From: Bacteroidales bacterium | GTDB taxonomy: Bacteria > Bacteroidota > Bacteroidia > Bacteroidales > F082 | Direction: 5' to 3' | DNA: 64,000 nucleotides | NCBI GenBank assembly: GCA_041582875.1 | Contig: JBFHGX010000001.1 | Span: 23,996 to 87,995 of the forward strand | Translations under genes and position numbers: made by a program | The notes under the pieces: model-generated | Seen by the model: the letters and a program-made list of their open reading frames with translations, nothing else | Databases searched by the model: none | What the model was told of the DNA's origin: nothing | Part shown: piece by piece, positions 56,559-64,000 of the stretch | Layout: each line of letters starts with the position of its first letter | How positions within the stretch are numbered: position 1 is the stretch's first letter

Positions 56559-58358
56559 TTAGTTGTCGAAAAGTAAAGCAATAGCAATAGCACCAATACC
56601 TGCATGCATACCAATAACTGGTGAAATATCTACAACAGATGCAGGTTCTTTTCCACTGAGTAGCGTCATTTGGCGGGCAATATTTTCTGCTCCTTCGGGA
56701 TTGTGAGCATGCAAAACAATAAAGTTCCAAATAGATTTTCCTGTTCCTGTTTTTTGAATGTGCCGAATAATTTTCTTCATACTCGATTCCTGACTAAAGG
56801 TTTTTCCAAAAAGCATCGATTTACCATCGCTATCCATCGATACAATGGGGGTTAGTCCCAGTAAGTTTGCAATGATCCCCTTATTACGTGAAACTCGTCC
56901 TCCTTTGAGCATGTATTTCAAATCGCGAACTCCTACGAAAATTCGCGTTTCTTTAATCCAAACTTGCAGGTGATTGACTATATCAGCAATGGGCTGATGG
57001 GCTTCAATGGCCTGAGCCGTTTTTAAAACCAAAAGTCCGAGTCCACCTGATAGATTTTTAGAATCGATTACATGAACAGGTTTATTGAATTCAACCCGAA
57101 TTCTTTCTCCAGCCTTCACACTACTTTTAAAAGTGCCACTAAACTGTCCCGAGAGGTGAAGTGCTATAATGGCGTCGTAATGCGAAGCTAAATGAGAGTA
57201 TAGGTTTGTAAAACTACGCTCATTAATTTGTGATGTAGTCGGAAACGTGGACTCAGTTTCGAGCAGTTTATAAAAATGTTCAGGATGAATGGTCACCTTA
57301 TCCAAATAATGGTTGTCGCCAAAATTCAGGTTGATAGGAACCATGTGAATCTGGTAATAATCAAGTAATTCCTGCGAAAGATCACAGGTTGAATCAGTAA
57401 CAAGAGCAACATTCCATTTTCGTTTGTTAACGACCTCATGCTGCCGCACCATGTCGTCCACTTTTTGAAAAGTAATGGTTCCCGTGTCTTTTAACTGATG
57501 AAACAATTGAGCAGGCTCATTGGTATGGACATGTATTCTACATGTATCCTCTGAACCTGCCACTACCACTGAATCACCTGTTTGCGCCAGCATTTCTTTC
57601 AACTCCGACTTGCTAATATGGATATTTTTTAAAATGGCTTCTGTACAAAAACGGTGTTCAATTTCCTCGTCCAACATGTCTTCACTATGAATAAGGCTAA
57701 TGGGTTCCTGGGTATGCACCATCAAATTTCTAATGTTGCGGTTTTTAATGAAGTCAATAACTCCCTCCATAAACAAGACAAATCCTTTGGCGCCTGCATC
57801 AACAAAGTGAAATTGGTTGAGCACCTTAAGTTTGGATGTGGTCTCAATCAGCGATCGTTGTAATTCATCTAAAGAATCGAAAATTAGCTTGGTGAAATCG
57901 CTCACTTGTTCTTTTTTACTATCCAAAAAATTCGACCAATCCTTGATGACAGTGAGCATGGTTCCTTCTACTGGATTGGCAATAGCTTCATAAATATAGG
58001 GAATTGATCTTTTAACGCTTTCAACAAACTCATGAAAAGAAATAATGCGTTTATCGTTTGTTTCTTTACTTAACCCATATAAGAATTGCGCAAAAATTAC
58101 TCCGGAATTTCCCCTTGCCCCAATTAAGGCTGCATCAGCAATATTTTCAACCGTAGTCTTGTACGACCGATTAGGCTTTATATTATCAATGACGGCACGG
58201 ATGGTGGAAGCCAAGTTTGTTCCTGTATCTTTGTCCTGTACCGGAAAAACATTTATTCGGTTGATCTCGGCTTGGTTCTGAAGAATCCTAATTCCTCCCG
58301 AAACAAAGGCGTAATACAAAAACCTTCCGTCTATTTGTAAAACTAAAGGGTTCTTCAT
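56559..58358 (-). CDS. DAK2-domain (FakA-like) protein fused to a DegV (FakB-like) fatty-acid-binding domain
   Basis: N-terminal part has DKDTGTN, GARGNSGVI, PVEGTMLTV, VDAGAKG and RIHVHT, as in DhaL/FakA. From about residue 315 it has DegV motifs VALVTDSTCDL and HLSGQFSGT. Confidence 0.75.
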   Translation of the reverse strand: MKNPLVLQIDGRFLYYAFVSGGIRILQNQAEINRINVFPVQDKDTGTNLASTIRAVIDNIKPNRSYKTTVENIADAALIGARGNSGVIFAQFLYGLSKETNDKRIISFHEFVESVKRSIPYIYEAIANPVEGTMLTVIKDWSNFLDSKKEQVSDFTKLIFDSLDELQRSLIETTSKLKVLNQFHFVDAGAKGFVLFMEGVIDFIKNRNIRNLMVHTQEPISLIHSEDMLDEEIEHRFCTEAILKNIHISKSELKEMLAQTGDSVVVAGSEDTCRIHVHTNEPAQLFHQLKDTGTITFQKVDDMVRQHEVVNKRKWNVALVTDSTCDLSQELLDYYQIHMVPINLNFGDNHYLDKVTIHPEHFYKLLETESTFPTTSQINERSFTNLYSHLASHYDAIIALHLSGQFSGTFKSSVKAGERIRVEFNKPVHVIDSKNLSGGLGLLVLKTAQAIEAHQPIADIVNHLQVWIKETRIFVGVRDLKYMLKGGRVSRNKGIIANLLGLTPIVSMDSDGKSMLFGKTFSQESSMKKIIRHIQKTGTGKSIWNFIVLHAHNPEGAENIARQMTLLSGKEPASVVDISPVIGMHAGIGAIAIALLFDN

Positions 58359-58403
58359 AGGTTTTGTTTCTAAAACACTAGTTTTTAGTAGCTATTATGG
58401 GTT

Positions 58404-58411
58404 CAAAAATA
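58404..58411 (-). promoter_or_regulatory. Candidate -7 promoter box (TAttTTTG on the minus strand) for the fak-plsY operon
   Basis: TAnnTTTG match 46 nt upstream of the start at 58358. Confidence 0.4.
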
Positions 58412-58481
58412 CAATTTTTCATCATTAAAAATGATCTAATGTAAAATTATTCTAAATTAGCCAAACAAACGATAGATTTAA

Positions 58482-59900
58482 ATGAAAATATTATTAACTG
58501 GAGTAACCGGGTATATCGGACAAAGTTTGCTTCCTGTGCTTTTAAAGAAGGGGTATGATGTGGTCTGTTGTGTGCGTGATAAAAAACGGTTTGATGCATC
58601 TAAATATAACACTAATCATTTGTGTGTGGTAGAGGTTAACTTTCTGATTAAAGAAAGTTTACAGGCTATTCCTGAAGATATCGATGTGGCATTCTATTTG
58701 ATTCATTCCATGTCGGCAAAAAATGAAGACTTTGAAGTCCTCGAGCAATTGTCTGCTCAAAATTTTAAGGATTACATTCAGAGCACTAGTGTTCAGCAAG
58801 TAATATACCTTAGCGGGATTGTGAACGATCAGGCTTTGTCGAAACACCTTAAATCACGTAAGGGAGTCGAAGGGATATTGTCTTCCGGTAGTTTTCATCT
58901 GACGACCTTAAGAGCAGGTATCATTTTGGGCTCAGGTAGTGCTTCTTTTGAAATAATCCGAGATTTAGTGGAGAAACTCCCCATCATGATCACTCCAAAA
59001 TGGCTGAATACCAAATCACAGCCCATTGCTATACGCAATGTAATTCAATTTTTAACTGGAGTAATCCTGTTGGAATATAGTTATGATAAAAATTTTGATA
59101 TTGGCGGACCAGAGGTGATGACCTATAAACAGTTATTGCTTGGTTTTGCCAAAGCCCGTGGACTGAAAAGGACAATTATCACCGTTCCGGTGATGACTCC
59201 AAGACTTTCGTCGTATTGGCTATATTTCGTTACCTCTACGTCTTTTACCTTGGCATCTCATCTGGTTAAAAGCATGGGAGTGGAAGTCATCTGTGAAGAG
59301 AACGATCTGACCGAAAAGCTTAACATTAAATTACTTACTTACAATGAAGCCATTGAGTTAGCGTTTAGCAGAATTCAAAACGAAGGCATTGGAGCGAGCT
59401 GGACGGATGCGCTTTCGAGTCATGCCCTTGATAAAGGAATCTCAGAATTATTGACCGTTCCCACTTTCGGTTGTTTTATCGATAAAAGAGAGACAAAGGT
59501 GACTGACGAGCAAGGCTCATTGGATAAAATCTGGAGTATTGGAGGCGAAAATGGCTGGTACTATGCTGATTGGCTATGGGGACTTCGGGGTTTTATCGAT
59601 AAGCTATTTGGCGGGGTTGGTTTGCGAAGAGGGCGTAAAAATCCTGCCCAAATAGCTACTGGCGATGCCCTCGATTTTTGGCGCGTCATTTATGCCAATA
59701 AACACGATAAAAGATTACTCCTTTATGCCGAAATGAAACTGCCGGGAGAAGCCTGGCTCGAATTCAAAATCATAGACAATCAACTCATACAAACAGCCAC
59801 ATTCCGACCATTGGGTCTGGCAGGGAGATTGTATTGGTATGCTGTTTGGCCCTTTCATGGTTTTATTTTCAAAAACATGCTTAAACAACTGGCAAAATAA
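58482..59900 (+). CDS. NAD(P)-binding (NmrA/atypical SDR) protein with C-terminal DUF2867-like domain
   Basis: Rossmann motif LLTGVTGYIGQSL. The C-terminal DFWRVIY...LLYAEMKLPGEAWLEFKI resembles DUF2867. Confidence 0.65.
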   Translation: MKILLTGVTGYIGQSLLPVLLKKGYDVVCCVRDKKRFDASKYNTNHLCVVEVNFLIKESLQAIPEDIDVAFYLIHSMSAKNEDFEVLEQLSAQNFKDYIQSTSVQQVIYLSGIVNDQALSKHLKSRKGVEGILSSGSFHLTTLRAGIILGSGSASFEIIRDLVEKLPIMITPKWLNTKSQPIAIRNVIQFLTGVILLEYSYDKNFDIGGPEVMTYKQLLLGFAKARGLKRTIITVPVMTPRLSSYWLYFVTSTSFTLASHLVKSMGVEVICEENDLTEKLNIKLLTYNEAIELAFSRIQNEGIGASWTDALSSHALDKGISELLTVPTFGCFIDKRETKVTDEQGSLDKIWSIGGENGWYYADWLWGLRGFIDKLFGGVGLRRGRKNPAQIATGDALDFWRVIYANKHDKRLLLYAEMKLPGEAWLEFKIIDNQLIQTATFRPLGLAGRLYWYAVWPFHGFIFKNMLKQLAK

Positions 59901-60042
59901 CTGATCTCACACATGGTAGTAATAGGGGTGAATCTCTTTTTTTTATCCGTACTCGGCCAACCTACTCACTTCTTTTCACACGCTTACTTAAACTAATTAT
60001 AAATAAATTGGCTCAATCGAGCCAATAATTTAAATTATTCCC

Positions 60043-60050
60043 TATTTTTG
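60043..60050 (+). promoter_or_regulatory. Candidate -7 promoter box (TAttTTTG) for the E2 gene
   Basis: TAnnTTTG match 76 nt upstream of the ATG at 60126. Confidence 0.4.
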
Positions 60051-60125
60051 CAACTGCTTCAAATCAGACTTGAGTCTTTTTAAAACATCTGATTATAAGC
60101 ATATTAATTTAGTTATTATTTGACC

Positions 60126-61433
60126 ATGGCAAAATTTGAAATAATCATGCCCAAATTGGGCGAAAGTATCATTGAAGCAACCATTACGCGTTGGGTTAAA
60201 AATATAGGCGAAGCTGTTGAAGAAGATGATTCTTTGGTAGAAATTGCTACCGACAAAGTAGATAGTGAAATTCCTAGTCCTGTAGAGGGCGTTTTATCTA
60301 AATTGCTCTTCAAAGAGGGTGATGTAGTTCCAGTTGGAACAGTTATCGCTTTAATTGAAATGGACGGTGAAGGAAGTGAAGAAACAAAAGAGGATACTCC
60401 TGTAGTTGAAAAAACCGTTGTTGAAGAAACCAAAGCTGCTCCGGTAGTTACTGAGCCTATTAGCGATGCGCCCAAAGATTTCTCCGATAGCACACGTTTT
60501 TACTCACCGTTAGTCAAGAGTATGGCCAAGGAAGAGAACATCAGCTTGAGCGAATTAGAGAAAATCCCGGGTTCGGGACATGATAATCGGGTAACCAAAG
60601 CTGATGTGGTGAAATTCCTTGAAAACCGCAGTGCTACTCCAGCGGCTCCTGCTGTTGCAACTCCTGCAAAATCAGCAGCTCAACCGGTTCAAAAAATGGC
60701 GGTTCCCGCAGTAACCTCCGGACAAGGCGACCAAGTAGTTGAAATGGATCGCATGCGCAAGCTTATTGCAGATCATATGGTGATGTCAAAACAAGTTTCA
60801 CCACATGTGACTTCTTTTATTGATGCCGATGTTACCAATATTGTTAACTGGCGCAATAAGGTTAAAGATAGTTTTACGAAACGCGAAGGCGAAAAAATCA
60901 CCTACACCCCGATTTTCTTTCATGCAGCAGCCCAGGCACTTCGTGAATATCCTCAAATCAATGTTTCACTGGATGGGTACAATATTATCTACCGCAAGAA
61001 CATCAATATTGGAATGGCAACCGCTTTACCAAGTGGAAACCTGATCGTACCTGTCATTAAGAATATCGACCAGAAAAACATGCTAGGCGTGGTTAAGTCA
61101 GTAAACGATTTGGCTGGAAGGGCACGCATAAACAAACTGCAACCTGATGAAATACAAGGAGGTACATTTACCATTACCAATTTCGGATCGTTTGACAGTC
61201 TTACTGGCACACCTATTATCAATCAACCTCAAGTGGCTATTTTAGGACTAGGGGCCATCAGAAAACAACCTCGTGTAATTGAAACGCCTGAGGGCGATAT
61301 GATTGGTATCCGTCATATCATGATCCTTTCTTTGGCATATGATCATCGTATTGTAGACGGCGCTCTAGGTGGTATGTTTTTGAAACGAATGAAGGAATTG
61401 CTTGAAAGTTTCGATCCAAATACGAAAATATAA
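60126..61433 (+). CDS. 2-oxoacid dehydrogenase E2 component (dihydrolipoamide acyltransferase)
   Basis: Lipoyl domain with EIATDKV lysine, an Ala/Pro linker, a subunit-binding domain (SPLVKSMAKE), and a catalytic domain with DHRIVDG. Confidence 0.9.
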   Translation: MAKFEIIMPKLGESIIEATITRWVKNIGEAVEEDDSLVEIATDKVDSEIPSPVEGVLSKLLFKEGDVVPVGTVIALIEMDGEGSEETKEDTPVVEKTVVEETKAAPVVTEPISDAPKDFSDSTRFYSPLVKSMAKEENISLSELEKIPGSGHDNRVTKADVVKFLENRSATPAAPAVATPAKSAAQPVQKMAVPAVTSGQGDQVVEMDRMRKLIADHMVMSKQVSPHVTSFIDADVTNIVNWRNKVKDSFTKREGEKITYTPIFFHAAAQALREYPQINVSLDGYNIIYRKNINIGMATALPSGNLIVPVIKNIDQKNMLGVVKSVNDLAGRARINKLQPDEIQGGTFTITNFGSFDSLTGTPIINQPQVAILGLGAIRKQPRVIETPEGDMIGIRHIMILSLAYDHRIVDGALGGMFLKRMKELLESFDPNTKI

Positions 61434-61445
61434 TACCGCATTATA

Positions 61446-61477
61446 AATCGGGGAGTGTTAGCTCCCCGATTTTGTTT
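61446..61477 (+). terminator. Rho-independent terminator after the E2 gene
   Basis: 10-bp stem aatcggggag/ctccccgatt followed by tttgttt. It lies inside the longer listed ORF, which supports the 61491 start for the next gene. Confidence 0.8.
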
Positions 61478-61490
61478 AACCAAAATAATT

Positions 61491-62294
61491 ATGGAATTAA
61501 ACTTGAAAAAACCATTGGCTTTTTTCGATATTGAAGCCACTGGATTAAGTATTGTAAACGATAGAATAGTAGAACTTTGTATTGTTAAGGTAAATCCCAA
61601 CGGGAGCCATGAAAGTCATACCTGGCTGCTTAATCCTGATTATCCGGTGAGCCCTGAAGCAGAATCAATTCATGGTTATAGCAATGAGTTTTTAAAGAAC
61701 AAGCCTACTTTCAAACAAGTTGCTAAAGAGATTAGTCGTTTTCTGCACAATTGTGATTTGGCAGGCTACAATGCTATTAAGTATGACGTTCCTATGTTGG
61801 TGGAAGAATTCTTAAGAGCTGATATTGATTTTGATATCAAAAAACGACGTACCATCGATGTTCAGAATATTTTCATGAAAATGGAACAACGAACCTTAAC
61901 AGCTGCTTACAAATTTTATTTGCAACAGGACCTGGAAGATGCACATACTGCCGAAGCAGATACGTTAGCTACCTACGAAATCCTTAAAGCACAGCTCGAC
62001 AAATACGAGAAAACAGTTTTTAAAGACAAAAGTGGTGCTGAATCAATACCCGTGAAAAATGACATGGATGCGCTGCATGCTTTTTCAACACACCACAGGA
62101 ATGCTGATTTAATTGGACAGTTTATCTATAATGAAAACAACGAGGAAATCATTAATTTCGGGAAACATAAAGGTAAAAAAGTTGTCGACGTTTTCCGTGA
62201 TGAACCCTCCTATTATAATTGGGTGATGAAATCAGATTTTCCCCTGTTTACTAAAAACATGTTGACAAACATTAAATTGAGAATGAACCAATAA
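61491..62294 (+). CDS. DEDDh 3'-5' exonuclease (DnaQ/epsilon-like) with C-terminal extension
   Basis: Exo I FFDIEATG, Exo II LAGYNAIKYDVPML, Exo III HTAEADTLATYEIL. Confidence 0.75.
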   Translation: MELNLKKPLAFFDIEATGLSIVNDRIVELCIVKVNPNGSHESHTWLLNPDYPVSPEAESIHGYSNEFLKNKPTFKQVAKEISRFLHNCDLAGYNAIKYDVPMLVEEFLRADIDFDIKKRRTIDVQNIFMKMEQRTLTAAYKFYLQQDLEDAHTAEADTLATYEILKAQLDKYEKTVFKDKSGAESIPVKNDMDALHAFSTHHRNADLIGQFIYNENNEEIINFGKHKGKKVVDVFRDEPSYYNWVMKSDFPLFTKNMLTNIKLRMNQ

Positions 62295-62307
62295 AAATGG
62301 AAATGCC

Positions 62308-62919
62308 ATGAAGATTATTTGCATAGGAAGAAATTATGTGGCACATGCCAAAGAATTGAAAAATGAAGTACCTACTTCTCCCGTATTCTTTATGAAACCG
62401 GATACAGCCTTACTACATAAAAACAGTCCGTTCTTTTATCCCGATTTTACCAAAGATTTGCATTTTGAAACGGAAATTGTGGTAAGAATAAATAAAAATG
62501 GCCGACATATTGCTCCTGAATTTGCCTGTAACTATTACAATGAAGTATCTGTCGGTATTGATTTTACGGCACGTGATCTGCAAAATAAATGCAAATCCAA
62601 AGGGCTGCCATGGGAAATGGCCAAAGCCTTTGACCAATCAGCACCTATTGGAAATTTTGTAGAATTATCATCACTTGATAATAAGGATGATATTCAGTTT
62701 TGGCTGGATATCAATGGGGAACGAAAACAAACCGGCTCAACCCAAAACATGATCTTCAACATCAATGAAATCATTGCTTATGTATCCAAATTTGTAACCC
62801 TGCGCATGGGCGACTTTATTTTTACAGGAACTCCGGAAGGCGTTGGCCCCACTCGAATAGATGATCATTTTGAGGCATATATTGAAGGAGAAAAGTTACT
62901 TGACTTTAAGGTGAAATAA
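62308..62919 (+). CDS. Fumarylacetoacetate hydrolase (FAH) family protein
   Basis: GRNYVAHAKEL, E..E metal site (HFETEIVV), and C-terminal GDFIFTGTPEGVG. Confidence 0.85.
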   Translation: MKIICIGRNYVAHAKELKNEVPTSPVFFMKPDTALLHKNSPFFYPDFTKDLHFETEIVVRINKNGRHIAPEFACNYYNEVSVGIDFTARDLQNKCKSKGLPWEMAKAFDQSAPIGNFVELSSLDNKDDIQFWLDINGERKQTGSTQNMIFNINEIIAYVSKFVTLRMGDFIFTGTPEGVGPTRIDDHFEAYIEGEKLLDFKVK

Positions 62920-62927
62920 GCATCTCG

Positions 62928-63743
62928 TTAATAATCAGACCCATCTGGCTCAACCATAGGCAGTTCAAAAGCATGGGCGAGACTAATTTTCCGATAGTTC
63001 GATGGAGGATAAAAGAAATCAGCCGGAATGTTAATTTCCTTTATTGAATTGACTTGCGTAATTATATAATCTCCTATAGGTCCAACTTTTATCGATTTTA
63101 ATATCAGTCCGTTACTCAACAATTCAAGGTATTCATCCGTGTTCAATGTGATACCTTTGTGTGAGTATGGATTGATTTGATTACTTAATCTAATAAATTG
63201 TTGAATATCTATTTCTTCATAAGGCTTCAGCTCTTGAGTAATCCATATTTTCTCTACCACAATTGTGTCTCTGACTATATGGTACTCCCGTGCTTTATGT
63301 TCACCAATATCCAGAAGGCTATCTGTCCTGTTTAAACCAATTCCACTTGCAATATGGGTAGTGTCAGCATGAAGCATTTTCATTTTAATACTGTCGTACA
63401 TCGATTGAAACTCCGATTGCTGATCAAGGGGAAGACTTAACACGAGAGTTTGAACCTGACTATCATATGCCTCAATCATTGATAAAGTGAGTTCCTGAGG
63501 TGTTCCTTGCCAATAGGCGCGAATAGTAGGAAATATTATTGTAATAAGTCGTTTTTCTAATTGTAAGATGGTGATTGCAGAAGCTCCCTCAAATCGAATG
63601 TGATTTTGTTGGATAAAAGTTGTCTGAAAAGACGTATTTCCGAAGTTGTCAGATATTTGTTCCGAAATAACCCATCCTCCTTTACATGAAAATATAGAGG
63701 TAAAAAAAATCAATGCCACTGTCAACCACCGTAATTGCTTCAT
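62928..63743 (-). CDS. Hypothetical lipoprotein
   Basis: Signal peptide with lipobox-like SIFSC. No recognised catalytic motif. Confidence 0.45.
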   Translation of the reverse strand: MKQLRWLTVALIFFTSIFSCKGGWVISEQISDNFGNTSFQTTFIQQNHIRFEGASAITILQLEKRLITIIFPTIRAYWQGTPQELTLSMIEAYDSQVQTLVLSLPLDQQSEFQSMYDSIKMKMLHADTTHIASGIGLNRTDSLLDIGEHKAREYHIVRDTIVVEKIWITQELKPYEEIDIQQFIRLSNQINPYSHKGITLNTDEYLELLSNGLILKSIKVGPIGDYIITQVNSIKEINIPADFFYPPSNYRKISLAHAFELPMVEPDGSDY

Positions 63744-63849
63744 ATATTGATTTATAGCCCCGATTAGGGTGCGTTTAATTGTTTATAACCCTGTGGAAAA
63801 CACAAAATTAAAAATTATCCAGGTACTTTTATTATTGGGAATAAAAATA

Positions 63850-63857
63850 TATTTTTG
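63850..63857 (+). promoter_or_regulatory. Candidate -7 promoter box (TAttTTTG)
   Basis: TAnnTTTG match 22 nt upstream of the ATG at 63879. Confidence 0.35.
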
Positions 63858-63878
63858 CAGGCTCAAATTGAAAACACT

Positions 63879-64000
63879 ATGGCCGATAAAAAACACCAAG
63901 ATGTTAAGGGTGATCAAAGACTTGAAAACATTGAAGAAACCCTGACTAAAACAGAACAATTTATCTTTAACAATCAAAAGAATATTTCGGTTGTTGTTAT
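63879..64000 (+). CDS. 5' end of a gene running off the window (possibly a membrane-anchored TPR/YfgM-like protein)
   Basis: The open frame MADKKHQDVKGDQRLENIEETLTKTEQFIFNNQKNISVVV... continues to the window edge. The N-terminal style resembles Bacteroidota YfgM-like proteins. Confidence 0.35.
   Translation, partial: MADKKHQDVKGDQRLENIEETLTKTEQFIFNNQKNISVVV

Noticed and set aside
56021-56730. Two minus-strand ORFs (144 aa and 87 aa) overlapping the DUF1295 gene and the 3' end of the fak fusion gene
   Set aside because: They are alternative frames of genes with clear family motifs. Their Cys/Trp-rich composition is typical of out-of-frame translation.
60116-60493. 125-aa Ser/Thr-rich ORF on the minus strand
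   Set aside because: It is entirely antisense to the lipoyl domain and linker of the E2 gene, whose motifs are unambiguous. Its low-complexity composition mirrors the Glu/Ala/Pro-rich linker.
63783-63977. 64-aa minus-strand ORF at the window end
   Set aside because: It overlaps, antisense, the better-supported plus-strand gene start at 63879 and its promoter region. Its hydrophobic, low-complexity product comes from AT-rich sequence.
1-64000. CRISPR arrays, IS elements, prophage or defence islands
   Set aside because: I saw no regularly spaced direct repeats and no transposase, integrase or phage-like ORFs. I saw no clusters of nuclease, ATPase or methylase genes of the kind found in defence loci.

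Overview
This is an AT-rich, gene-dense chromosomal segment that looks like core genome of a member of the Bacteroidota. The taxonomic call rests on a T9SS C-terminal sorting domain, CarboxypepD_reg-type TonB-dependent receptors, recurrent TAnnTTTG -7 promoter boxes upstream of many genes, and lipoprotein-rich envelope genes. I call about 55 protein-coding genes and one tRNA-Arg(CCG). I saw no rRNA, CRISPR array, transposase, phage gene or obvious toxin-antitoxin or defence gene. Recognisable housekeeping genes are lpxD, aat, xerD, clpC, gyrA, rimM, typA/bipA, plsY, trkH, a tripartite RND efflux operon, two acyl-CoA dehydrogenases, an ABC-F ATPase, an E2 acyltransferase and an Fe/Mn superoxide dismutase. 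I did not find a clear-cut novel multi-gene system. The most unusual items are listed here.
1. An operon led by a fused DAK2+DegV (FakA/FakB-like) protein and ending in plsY.
2. A DbpA-like DEAD-box paralog in which all ATPase motifs are degenerate, divergent from an intact helicase.
3. A T9SS-exported agmatine-deiminase/PAD-like protein that seems to lack the catalytic Cys.
4. An exported SOD with an internal 28-codon duplication of the metal-ligand motif.
5. A small secreted protein with a reiterated EEYIDDIPF-TE motif next to a long non-coding gap.
6. A eukaryote-type GH47 mannosidase lipoprotein downstream of the tRNA.
All functional calls come from motif recognition by eye. No database search was run.
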